DNA of 27,739 nucleotides from a virus (taxonomy: Duplodnaviria; Caudoviricetes). Position 1 is the stretch's first letter, and each line of letters starts with the position of its first letter. The position numbers and the translations under genes were made by a program. The notes beneath the pieces were generated by a model. The model ran no database searches, was not told the origin of the DNA, and saw only the letters and a program-made list of their open reading frames with translations. The DNA lies in the IMG/VR virus record IMGVR_UViG_3300027693_000018, positions 1 through 27,739 of that record, one strand, 5' to 3'. Positions 7,407-15,585 of the stretch are shown here, piece after piece.

Positions 7407-8801
7407 TTATTGAGGTGTCAGGTAGGCCAAATTGCGGCCCGTAATCAGCGTGGCCGTCACGAACGCCCCGCTCGCGTACCAGCACCAGTCCGTCGTTCCG
7501 GTGTCAACCAGCCATGCCAAGGCGAACACCGTTGACGTATGTACGATGAACGGGTCGCCGGTATACGCCAGCATCGTCGTCATGGGGCCGATCACCGCCG
7601 GGGTCGGGCTCGCGAGTGCGCGCGGATCGACTATGATGAGCGAACTCAGCGTCGTATCTGCGCCCCACGTGCGGATTACTCCGCCCATCTCGTCGGTCAA
7701 ATCTACGAATGCCACATAGTCTATATCCAGCGTCGGCGGCCCGGTCGTCGTCGAAGCACTGATCGATAACTTCATCTGCTCCGGCCACAGCGGAAGCGAC
7801 AGGATCCCCAGGAAGACAAACTCCGGTTTCGCCGCCGAGACGTACGGGTTCACCGTCACGATCGGCCCCTCCGCTGTGTAGATCGCCACCGCCCCCGCGA
7901 AGCCGCCCATGCTCAGCTTCAACTGGAAAGAGGCCGCGCTCGAGTTGTTCCGCACCCGCGCATACGCCGCCACCCGCCGGCAGCCCACCGGCAGCGTGCT
8001 CGTGGCGATGCCCGTGTCCGCGAACGTCGTCGCCACCGGCGTGTAGCGCAGCACGTTCGTGCTGCTCGCATGGTTCGCCGCGTCCGCTACGCTCGTGAAG
8101 TTCGTCGCCGTCAGCGTTTCGGCCTCCACCAGTTGCAGCCGGGCCGCCGCGTTGCCCCACAACAGGAGCAGCGACAGGCTTGTGCTGACCTCCCCTACCG
8201 TCAGCGTCGCCTTAAGCGGGCTTGTCGTTATGGCCGAATCCGCATACGTTGCGGACAGAATGCCCGGATTCGCCACCCCAGCGCCTGGCCCGACGCCCAC
8301 CGTCGCCGCCAGCCACAGCCCGCGCCGCCGAAACGAGAGTTGGACGTTCGGAACCTCATAGCACATCAAGAGATCATTGAACGCGGCCGGCATGTTGATC
8401 GCACTCTCCCCCGCCCGCCCGAGGATCACACATCGCAGCGCGGCCGGCAGCACGCTGCCCTGCGGCTGGCAGGTGAGGATGACCGGAGCCACCGGCTCGC
8501 CCCGGCTCCACCGCTCGGCCTGATCCAGCAACTGCGACAACTTCGCCAGGTTTGCCAGACAGACCGCTCCCGTCGACCCCAACACATCAATCGTGATCTG
8601 CTCTTCGACATCAGCATACGGCCCACTGCCGCCCAATGTCGCCATGCGCAGCGGCGCCACGCTCGGCCCCCAGCCGCCGTCTACCAGGGCATAGTTCGTG
8701 CCGTCCATCAGGTCTGCCGTCGTGGTTCCGTCTGAAATCGTCAGCATCGTAAACACCGCCGTCGTTTGCGCTCGGTTAGGTTCCCAAAAAAGCAGCAGCA
8801 T
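7407..8801 (-). CDS. distal tail protein (Dit-like) with C-terminal beta-sandwich extension
   Basis: Immediately follows the tape measure. N-terminal EEQITIDVLG...LAKLSQLL pattern. Alternative start at ATG 8747. Confidence 0.6.
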   Translation of the reverse strand: MLLLFWEPNRAQTTAVFTMLTISDGTTTADLMDGTNYALVDGGWGPSVAPLRMATLGGSGPYADVEEQITIDVLGSTGAVCLANLAKLSQLLDQAERWSRGEPVAPVILTCQPQGSVLPAALRCVILGRAGESAINMPAAFNDLLMCYEVPNVQLSFRRRGLWLAATVGVGPGAGVANPGILSATYADSAITTSPLKATLTVGEVSTSLSLLLLWGNAAARLQLVEAETLTATNFTSVADAANHASSTNVLRYTPVATTFADTGIATSTLPVGCRRVAAYARVRNNSSAASFQLKLSMGGFAGAVAIYTAEGPIVTVNPYVSAAKPEFVFLGILSLPLWPEQMKLSISASTTTGPPTLDIDYVAFVDLTDEMGGVIRTWGADTTLSSLIIVDPRALASPTPAVIGPMTTMLAYTGDPFIVHTSTVFALAWLVDTGTTDWCWYASGAFVTATLITGRNLAYLTPQ

Positions 8802-8810
8802 GCGATTATC

Positions 8811-11108
8811 CTAACGCGTCCGTTGCCGCATATCCGCCCGCACACCGGCGCGCAGCATCGCCCGCTCCACCGCCGCCTCGACCCGCCGCTCGTCGTAGGC
8901 CGTCGCCGGCGCGGCGAACTGGAAGTAAAACGTAGATCCCCCGCCCATCATCTGCTGCGTCTCGCCCGCGCTGTACACCCGGCTGGCCCTGGGCAGCGCC
9001 ACCAGCTCCGGCCCGCGCTCCCCCACCAGCGTCAACCCGCCAGGGGCAAAGAACGTCCCGGCCGCCTTCCCGTCCCCGCCGCCGCCTTTGCCGCCGGTCA
9101 AGCCCAGCAGCTCCCGGAGCTTGTTGATGGCATCCTCGATCTTGCCGATGATGTCACCGATCGTATTTAGTAACCCGCCGAACGGATTGCCGAAGTGGAT
9201 GCTGCCGATGAACTCTTTGAACCCATCAATCGCCGGCTGGAGTCTGTTGCCGATCCAGTCCACAATATCCTTGATCACGTTCAGCACCGGATCGAACTTC
9301 TGTTTCAGTTCGTCTAACGCCTGTTTCGCCCTTCCGATCGCCGCAATAATCGTCTGGCCCAACCACGTATTGAGCTTCTCGATGATCGGGATCAGCTTCT
9401 GCACGATGATGTCCCAGATCAGTGTCAGCACCGGCAGCAGCACACCCTCAAAGGCCATCCGGGCGATCTCGATCACCGGCCCGATCTTCGTACCCAGCCA
9501 GTCATTGATCGCCACGATCGCCGGGATCACCTTCTCGGTGATGAAGTTAGCGATTGCCGTGATCGCCGGCAGCAGCACGGTGTTGAAGAAATTCGAGGCT
9601 GCCTGGATCGCCGGCGGCAAATTCGTCGCCAGCCAGTTGATGATCTCCTCGATCACCGGGATCACATTTTCACCGATGAAACCCGCCACCGCTTGCAGCG
9701 CCGGCAGTAGGGTGTTGTTCCAGAAATCGGAGGCCGCCTGGATCGCTGGCGGCAGGTTCGTCGCCAGCCAGGTAATAACCTCCACGATCGCCGGGATGAC
9801 GGTTTCCCAAACAAACGCCGCGACGACCCGGAACGCCGGCAGCAGCGTGTTGTTGAAGAAATCGGCTGCCGCCTGAATCGCCGGCGGCAGGTTCGTCGCC
9901 AGCCAGTTGACGAACGTGGTCAGGGCTGGGACAACATAATCGTTGATCATCCCACCGACGGCCAGCATCGAGCCGACCACGACATCCCGCACCTTGGGGA
10001 ATACCGTCTGGGCGAGCGTCTGCAACGCCGTCCACATCGTCCCCAACGTCGTTCCCTCGCCGCCTACCTTCTGGATCCATGCGATAGCGCCGTCGACCGC
10101 CGGCCCGATCGCATCCACCGCCGCCGTCAACCCGGAGACCATGATGCTCCCCAGGGGCATCAGCAAGGTCGTCACCTTGTTCTTTAGGACCTGGAATTTC
10201 TCCGGGAAGTCCGCCGTGGCGTCGGCCGTCCGCATGATCGCGCCCTCGGCCCCGCCCATCGCCGCGGTCAAATCATCGACCGACAGCCGCCCCTCCCGGA
10301 TCGCCGCCGCCAGCTCCGGCCCGGCCTTCGCCCCGAAATTCTCAACCGCCAGCTTCGTCGCCTCAGACTCGGACCCGGCGCTGCGGATCTGCTTCACCAG
10401 GTCGTTCAATGCCTGTTCGGGATCCTTGCCGGCCTTCGCAAATGCGCCCAGAGCCTTCGTCAGCCCGCCCATCGCCTGCTCGGTGTTCACGCCGGTGCGC
10501 TCGAACTCCGCCACGATGGCCGTCGCCTCGTCGAAGGAGAACCCGAACTGCTGGAGCGGCGCGCCGAAGCGCAGCACCTGCTGCATCAGCGTATCCACCC
10601 CTACGCCGGTCTTCTGGCTCGCCACGAACAGCTTATCCAGCGCCAGGCTCCCCTGCTCGACCGGGATGCTCCATTTGCCCATGATCTCGCTGAACTGCGC
10701 CGCGTTGCTCGTCGCATCCCCGCCCAGAATCCGGGACATCTCCAGCAGCGACTTAGTCGTATCCTGCAACACCGGGCCGGTGATGCCCAGCTTGCTGTTC
10801 AGCGCGGCGATCACATCGGAGGCCGGCCCGGCCTCGGTCGGGATCGTGGAGAACACCGCCTTGAAGTCTTTTTCCAGCCCGGCCAGCGCGTCCCCCGAGG
10901 CCCCGGTCTTCGTGATGATCGTATCCATCGCGTCGTCATAGATCATCCCCGCATCCCAGGCTGCCTTGCCCACCGCCGCCATGCCGGCCACGACCGCCGC
11001 GCCGCCGACCATAGCGAGCCCCTTCATGCTGCCCGTGATCTTCTGCAACCCGCTGCTGGCTTCATCGACCAACGAAATGATTAATTGGAGACCGGCTTTT
11101 TTAGCCAT
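8811..11108 (-). CDS. tail tape measure protein
   Basis: About 765 aa, Ala/Gly-rich and helical, with aromatic-spaced repeats and a C-terminal LVGERGPELV motif. Start MAKKAGLQLIISLVDEAS at ATG 11108. Confidence 0.93.
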   Translation of the reverse strand: MAKKAGLQLIISLVDEASSGLQKITGSMKGLAMVGGAAVVAGMAAVGKAAWDAGMIYDDAMDTIITKTGASGDALAGLEKDFKAVFSTIPTEAGPASDVIAALNSKLGITGPVLQDTTKSLLEMSRILGGDATSNAAQFSEIMGKWSIPVEQGSLALDKLFVASQKTGVGVDTLMQQVLRFGAPLQQFGFSFDEATAIVAEFERTGVNTEQAMGGLTKALGAFAKAGKDPEQALNDLVKQIRSAGSESEATKLAVENFGAKAGPELAAAIREGRLSVDDLTAAMGGAEGAIMRTADATADFPEKFQVLKNKVTTLLMPLGSIMVSGLTAAVDAIGPAVDGAIAWIQKVGGEGTTLGTMWTALQTLAQTVFPKVRDVVVGSMLAVGGMINDYVVPALTTFVNWLATNLPPAIQAAADFFNNTLLPAFRVVAAFVWETVIPAIVEVITWLATNLPPAIQAASDFWNNTLLPALQAVAGFIGENVIPVIEEIINWLATNLPPAIQAASNFFNTVLLPAITAIANFITEKVIPAIVAINDWLGTKIGPVIEIARMAFEGVLLPVLTLIWDIIVQKLIPIIEKLNTWLGQTIIAAIGRAKQALDELKQKFDPVLNVIKDIVDWIGNRLQPAIDGFKEFIGSIHFGNPFGGLLNTIGDIIGKIEDAINKLRELLGLTGGKGGGGDGKAAGTFFAPGGLTLVGERGPELVALPRASRVYSAGETQQMMGGGSTFYFQFAAPATAYDERRVEAAVERAMLRAGVRADMRQRTR
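9560..9935 (-). repeat. 135-nt (45-aa) internal repeats of the tape measure
   Basis: WLATNLPPAIQAA occurs three times. Equivalent ccggc anchors lie at 9566, 9701 and 9836. Confidence 0.9.
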
Positions 11109-11116
11109 TTTCCCTC

Positions 11117-11145
11117 TTGACAAAACCTACCAACGGGTGTACTCT
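11117..11145 (+). promoter_or_regulatory. sigma70-type promoter, antisense to the late operon
   Basis: TTGACA (11117-11122), 17 nt, TACTCT (11140-11145). Confidence 0.75.
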
Positions 11146-11159
11146 TCTTCTTGCGAACA

Positions 11160-11310
11160 GCCGGGAAGCGTCTCGCACTACACCTAGCGGTTTTTTTGTT
11201 GGCCGTTCATATTCGCCGCCTCGGGGCGGTGTTTCAGGTGAACACAACCACGGCCTAGCCGCAGGTGTGCGAATGCTTCCCGGCAACCTGGAACATCGCC
11301 CCGAGGCGTT
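11160..11310 (+). ncRNA. c4/P4-CI-like cis antisense RNA with upstream target leader
   Basis: 23-bp stem 11217-11239 / 11286-11308 with two G-U pairs. The enclosed GCTTCCCGGC is complementary to GCCGGGAAGC at 11160-11169 and 11337-11346. GCGGTTTTTTT tract in the leader. Confidence 0.75.
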
Positions 11311-11334
11311 TTCATATCCAAGGAGAGGAACAAA

Positions 11335-11544
11335 ATGCCGGGAAGCAAAACCACCTCCGCCCCACGTCGCGCGTACCTCAACAGCGACGATCTACTCGTC
11401 CGCCTCATCTCCCTGCCCGAACGTGAGCAGGAACTTGTCCTCGGCGATCTGGCGAACCTCATCGATGCCGCCGAAAACAACGTCATCACGCGCCAGGCCA
11501 TGATCTTTGATGCCCGTCGAGCCGCCCAACCCATCGCCAACTGA
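11335..11544 (+). CDS. hypothetical protein (69 aa) under putative antisense control
   Basis: Strong AAGGAGAGG RBS. The start codon overlaps the antisense target. Confidence 0.75.
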   Translation: MPGSKTTSAPRRAYLNSDDLLVRLISLPEREQELVLGDLANLIDAAENNVITRQAMIFDARRAAQPIAN

Positions 11545-11550
11545 GCACAC

Positions 11551-11583
11551 CTGGCCTTCTTTTCCCCGGGAAGAGGAGGCCAG
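11551..11583 (+). terminator. hairpin closing the antisense moron
   Basis: CTGGCCTTCTTTTCC.../...GGAAGAGGAGGCCAG pairs with G-U wobbles on the plus strand. No clear U tract. Confidence 0.5.
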
Positions 11584-11625
11584 CCCACGCCCTACCTCAT
11601 CCGTTTATCCGCTGCCTCGATCCGT

Positions 11626-11848
11626 TTATCCGTTGCCCCGTGACCTTTGCTTAGCCTGGTATTCCTGATCGTCCGCCTCGGCCCGGGCGAATGCCATCAG
11701 CTCCTCGATCAGATCGGGGTCCGTCGCATCCACCTGCGCCTCCGTCCAGCCGAACCGCCTGGCCAGCGTGACATAGATGTCCCACTGGCCCCGCTTTACC
11801 CGCTTACCGGTAAGGGCGGCTCGCCAGCGTTCGTAGCGTCTTTTTTTT
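11626..11848 (-). CDS. tail assembly chaperone GT extension (-1 frameshift product)
   Basis: The -1 frame after the A8 run reads RRYERWRAALTGKRVKRGQWDIYVTLARRFGWTEAQVDATDPDLIEELMAFARAEADDQEYQAKQRSRGNG*. No ATG near its 5' end. Confidence 0.85.
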
Positions 11849-12185
11849 CGGCGCCCTGCTCCCCCTTCTTCATCAGCGGATTGCGGGCGACGATCTCGTC
11901 CAACACCAGCTCCACCAGCGGCTCATCGGGATCCAGCTTGGCGATATTCGCCGCGTTGCACGGCACCCCGGTAAACGCCGGCCCGCGCCACGAGACGATA
12001 TTCTCCTTCATCAGCGCCACCTGGTACGCCCCCAGATGCACCGCCATCTCCGTCTCCCCGTTCTCCCGCCCGATCGCCGCCAGCGCATCCATCGCCCTGT
12101 TCTTCGTCCCCAGATCCATCTTCGGCCGGATGCAGATCGTATTCTCCCCGACCGTCACATCCACCGGCTGCCCGTTTACAAACAT
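11796..12185 (-). CDS. tail assembly chaperone (gpG-like)
   Basis: 129 aa between tail tube and tape measure. Slippery GAA AAA AAA GAC near the 3' end. Confidence 0.85.
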   Translation of the reverse strand: MFVNGQPVDVTVGENTICIRPKMDLGTKNRAMDALAAIGRENGETEMAVHLGAYQVALMKENIVSWRGPAFTGVPCNAANIAKLDPDEPLVELVLDEIVARNPLMKKGEQGAEKKDATNAGEPPLPVSG

Positions 12186-12193
12186 CGTCCCTC

Positions 12194-12222
12194 CTCAGCC
12201 TCAACCTCAGCCTCAACCTCAG
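12194..12222. repeat. (CTCAGC CTCAAC)n hexamer tandem repeat
   Basis: Fills the tail tube / chaperone junction and merges into the GAGGAGG RBS on the minus strand. Confidence 0.9.
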
Positions 12223-13208
12223 ATAGTCGTCAGATCATTCTGCACGACCACCTGGAAATCATGCCCGGCCGTCGCGTCGTACTCGCTCATCATCGTCAGG
12301 CTGATCGTCCGGTTCGTGCCCTCGAGCTCGCCCCACTCCAGCGTGTCGAACGGCCCGTAGATGTCGAACTGGATGTAGTGGCGCAGCGCCGCCTCGATGA
12401 TCGACCCGTTCAGCAACAGCCTGGCCTTCAGCGTCGTCGCGGCCGCCCACTGGTCGTACTGCGTCATGTCCGGCAGCTCGAAGGTCACCTTCAGCTCGGC
12501 ATGGCGCTTTTTGCGACCGTAGGAAGCAAACTCCTGGGTGCCGGTAGGCCCGGTGGCCAGGTACTTGTAGGCCACCCCGCTCGGGATGGTGAACTCGGCC
12601 GAGATCAGCCGACCCGTGATCTCCGTCGAGCCGATCACCGCCGTGTCGATCCAAAGCTGCATGTCGGCCGGCGCCAGCAGCGGGGCCGCCAGCATCACCG
12701 GTGTTGACGCCGGGGCCGTCTTGGCCGGGAAATGTCCCTGCCCCTTGACCGCCATCGTCACGCCATCTTCGCTCGACGCGTCCGCCGCCACCGTGATCTC
12801 ATCCACCATGCAGTAATCCGCCTGCCACGCCTGCACGTTCGGGTCACCCCAGTACAGCGTCAGGCTCTGCAGATCATCGGCCGTCATCGTCGGATTGTAG
12901 GTGTGCGTCCGACTGGTCGTGCCGCCGCCCGGCGTGGCGATCGTCGCCGCGCCCTTGATGCACGCCTCCAGGAGCAGCGGCAGCGTGTACACATCCGCCC
13001 CGCCCTCGCCCTCCCACTCGGACCACTTGCGGACGATCTTCGACCGGTAGTATTCCGCCAGCGTGCCCCGGCTTTCGTTCGGCCGGAACCGGCTCGTCCT
13101 GGGCGTGATCGTCCCCGCCATATTGAGATACCGGGTCGGCGGATTGATCGGCGTCCCCTTCACCGCCTCCCGCGCCGCCAGCAGATACTCAAACGCAATC
13201 TCAGCCAT
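12219..13208 (-). CDS. major tail (tube) protein
   Basis: 329 aa just upstream of the chaperones. AREAVKGTP...HTYNPT...SLTLYWG...DCMVDEITV pattern of siphovirus tail tube proteins. Confidence 0.85.
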   Translation of the reverse strand: MAEIAFEYLLAAREAVKGTPINPPTRYLNMAGTITPRTSRFRPNESRGTLAEYYRSKIVRKWSEWEGEGGADVYTLPLLLEACIKGAATIATPGGGTTSRTHTYNPTMTADDLQSLTLYWGDPNVQAWQADYCMVDEITVAADASSEDGVTMAVKGQGHFPAKTAPASTPVMLAAPLLAPADMQLWIDTAVIGSTEITGRLISAEFTIPSGVAYKYLATGPTGTQEFASYGRKKRHAELKVTFELPDMTQYDQWAAATTLKARLLLNGSIIEAALRHYIQFDIYGPFDTLEWGELEGTNRTISLTMMSEYDATAGHDFQVVVQNDLTTI

Positions 13209-13255
13209 CGTCCACTCTCCCTCTAAACTCTAAGCCTCAGCCTCAGCCTCTCAGC

Positions 13256-13978
13256 CTATGCGTTGATCTGGATCGCCCTGATCCAGTCCACCCGCCCCGT
13301 GATCGCCGCCGCCGACCCCGTCAGCACCTGCACGCTGGGCGTCAGATACTCATCATCCGGCAGATTCGTCGTCGCCGGCCGCGTCTGCAACGTCCCGTTG
13401 ACCCACCAGTCCACGTTCGTCCCGTCGAAGTAAAACTCCAACGTGTACCACGTGTCGGCGACGATTGCCGAACCGTAGGCCGTCGCCGTCTCCGAGCCGT
13501 CCTTCTCCAGGACGAAATTCATGGTCGTGCCGGCGTCGACCTTGCGGAAGTACACGCCGTCCGTCATCGCCCCGAGGAGATCGGTGTCGGTGATGCACAG
13601 CCCGACCAGGAAATCGCTCTGCGTCGCCTCGGAGATCTTGAACTTCGCCCCGAAGTAGCACTCCTTCCCGCTGGCCAGCAGGAACGCCTCGCCCTGGGCC
13701 TGCAGGTTCGCCCCGTCGTTGTCCGCCGCGTCGGTTGTGATCAGCAGCACCCCGCCGGCCGCCCCGGCCTCGAGCGCCACCGTCGTATCGCCGCCGCCAT
13801 CCTCGACCAGCGTCGTTGTCCAGCCGGCGAGAGTATCCGCACTGGCGAAGGGCGTCCGCACGAACTCCTCGAGGAACTTCGCCACATCCGGCCCCTGCGC
13901 ATCCAGCCACCGCTGGCTGGCCGTCCCATCGTAGAACACCAACTGCTCACCCACCCACTTGCTGTACAAACTTCCCAT
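13256..13978 (-). CDS. ConA/lectin-like beta-sandwich virion protein (paralogue of 19550..20263)
   Basis: DTWYTLEFYFDGTNVDWWVNG is typical of LamG/ConA-like folds. AAGGAGG RBS. Confidence 0.65.
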   Translation of the reverse strand: MGSLYSKWVGEQLVFYDGTASQRWLDAQGPDVAKFLEEFVRTPFASADTLAGWTTTLVEDGGGDTTVALEAGAAGGVLLITTDAADNDGANLQAQGEAFLLASGKECYFGAKFKISEATQSDFLVGLCITDTDLLGAMTDGVYFRKVDAGTTMNFVLEKDGSETATAYGSAIVADTWYTLEFYFDGTNVDWWVNGTLQTRPATTNLPDDEYLTPSVQVLTGSAAAITGRVDWIRAIQINA

Positions 13979-13995
13979 GCCTGCCTCCTTCCTAT

Positions 13996-14021
13996 CTGAC
14001 CCCTGACCCCTGTCCCCTGTC
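13996..14021. repeat. heptamer tandem repeat CTG(A/T)CCC
   Basis: ctgaccc ctgaccc ctgtccc ctgtc at a gene junction. Confidence 0.85.
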
Positions 14022-14430
14022 AGCTCTTATCCAACACGCTCACGGCGAAATCCGTGAACCGATACCACGCCACGCTGTTCTCGAGCTGAAACCAGCCGTC
14101 GTCCCCGCCCGTGATCTCCGCCATGCCGCTTACCAGCGTGCTCCCCAGGTGCGGATCGTCGTCGATCGCCGCGATGATCCCCTTCGTCAACGTATCCAGA
14201 TCGACTTCGCCCTGTTCAGCGTCCTGCCACAGGATCACCAGCCGGGCCGTGAACTCCCAGCGCACCCCGCGCACCTGGCCGGCCCGCACCGTCTCGAACC
14301 CCGTGCGGACCACGTACAGCGTGTAGTTCGCCGGGATCGACTTCGGCGGATACATCAGCACCGGCCCGATCCCCGTCACGCCCTCGAACGCCGTCTTCAG
14401 CCCCGCCCGGATGTTAGCCAAGGTCGCCAA
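14020..14430 (-). CDS. tail terminator / tail completion protein
   Basis: TTG start at 14430 with GGAGG RBS gives MATLANIRAGLKTAF...IIAAIDDDPHLGSTL (136 aa). Synteny fits. Confidence 0.7.
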   Translation of the reverse strand: MATLANIRAGLKTAFEGVTGIGPVLMYPPKSIPANYTLYVVRTGFETVRAGQVRGVRWEFTARLVILWQDAEQGEVDLDTLTKGIIAAIDDDPHLGSTLVSGMAEITGGDDGWFQLENSVAWYRFTDFAVSVLDKS

Positions 14431-14926
14431 TGATGTCCTCCACCCGCCGCATGTCGCTCGCAAACGCTGCCAGCGCCTCCCGCTGCAGGATGCCCTCGAT
14501 GTCATCCTGCGCCGCGTCCAACCCATGCTGCATAAACGGCCGTGCCGCAAACCCCGGATGTGTCGCCCCTCGCCGGATGATATTCGGATCACCGAATATC
14601 ATCATCGGATTCGGTTTACCACGCCGCCCACTGCGTTTGCGGGCGCCCTTGCGCAGGCTGTGCGATTGCACCCCGAACTCCAGCAGATGACTGTGCGGCG
14701 CCGTCGCCCGCACCGTGCCCCACTCGCCCGGCACATCCACGACCCCCTTGATCCGCCGCACGATCGATCGCGGCGAAGCCATGCCCCGCCCCTTCGGCGC
14801 CACATCCTGCGTGTGCTTCGCCGCCACCCGCACGATCTCCGGCAGCGCCTCCCGCTTGATGCGCAGCGGCACCCCCGCCAACGCCGGCACCTGCCCCGTA
14901 ATCCTAAACGCCTGCCGCTTCGCCAT
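14414..14926 (-). CDS. HK97 gp10-like neck/tail component
   Basis: Basic protein with HSHLLEFG and HPGFAARPFM motifs. Start at ATG 14926 or GTG 14959. Confidence 0.85.
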   Translation of the reverse strand: MAKRQAFRITGQVPALAGVPLRIKREALPEIVRVAAKHTQDVAPKGRGMASPRSIVRRIKGVVDVPGEWGTVRATAPHSHLLEFGVQSHSLRKGARKRSGRRGKPNPMMIFGDPNIIRRGATHPGFAARPFMQHGLDAAQDDIEGILQREALAAFASDMRRVEDIIGDLG

Positions 14927-14955
14927 TCCCGTGTCCCCGCGTCCCCGTGTCCGCT

Positions 14956-15585
14956 TCACGCAAACCCATACTCGCCATACGCCAGCCGCGTATTCGCCAG
15001 CACCGCCCGCTGATCATTCGTCCACGCCCGGTTGTACCCGACCGCCCCGCCGCCATCGACCCCGACCACGTCCGAGAACTGCCCGCCCTGGCCGCCGATG
15101 AACAGGTTGATCGCCTTCTCCACGCACACCTGCACGATGTCATCCGGCGCCGGCCCGTAACCCCAGATGCACGTCGCCCGATACCACCCCGCTCGCCAGC
15201 CCGCATCCCGGTACAACCGCTCGCCGTTCGCCGCCCCCTCGTCGAGGGCGTCGTACTCGGTGGCCAGCACTTCCGTCGTGCTCTCGCCCGTCGTCCCCTT
15301 CCCGCTCAGCTCGTAGATATGCGTGATCGACCCGGTCTGATAGGCTGGCAGCGTCAGATACTGGCTCGAAGTTCTCTGCCGAAAATCCCTGTCCGTCGCC
15401 ACCGCCCCGAACGGCGTGAAGGAGAAACTGAGCTCCTTGTCGATCTTCTCCGTCGCCGCATCCAGGTAGGTCTGGATCAGCGCATCCACCGTCGCCCCGG
15501 CCGGCACCTGCGTCATGATCGCCCGGAAATCCGCCACCGTCGCGTACGAGGTCCCCGAAATCAGGGTTAGAACAATCGGACTCAT
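14956..15585 (-). CDS. head-tail adaptor (gp6/gp15-like)
   Basis: SYATVADFR...LIQTYLDAATEKIDKEL...WGYGPAPDDIVQVC pattern. Confidence 0.8.
   Translation of the reverse strand: MSPIVLTLISGTSYATVADFRAIMTQVPAGATVDALIQTYLDAATEKIDKELSFSFTPFGAVATDRDFRQRTSSQYLTLPAYQTGSITHIYELSGKGTTGESTTEVLATEYDALDEGAANGERLYRDAGWRAGWYRATCIWGYGPAPDDIVQVCVEKAINLFIGGQGGQFSDVVGVDGGGAVGYNRAWTNDQRAVLANTRLAYGEYGFA

Noticed and set aside
8774-8817. GGTTAGG / CCTAACG near the tape measure stop as another copy of the moron operator
   Set aside because: Short match that overlaps coding sequence and the TAG stop, with no promoter nearby.
11184-11588. 134-aa minus-strand ORF as a tail chaperone or co-oriented late gene (also 11117..11503 on plus)
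   Set aside because: The GT product is already explained by the frameshift. Promoter, RBS and G-U-containing stems all point to plus-strand RNA and the 69-aa ORF.
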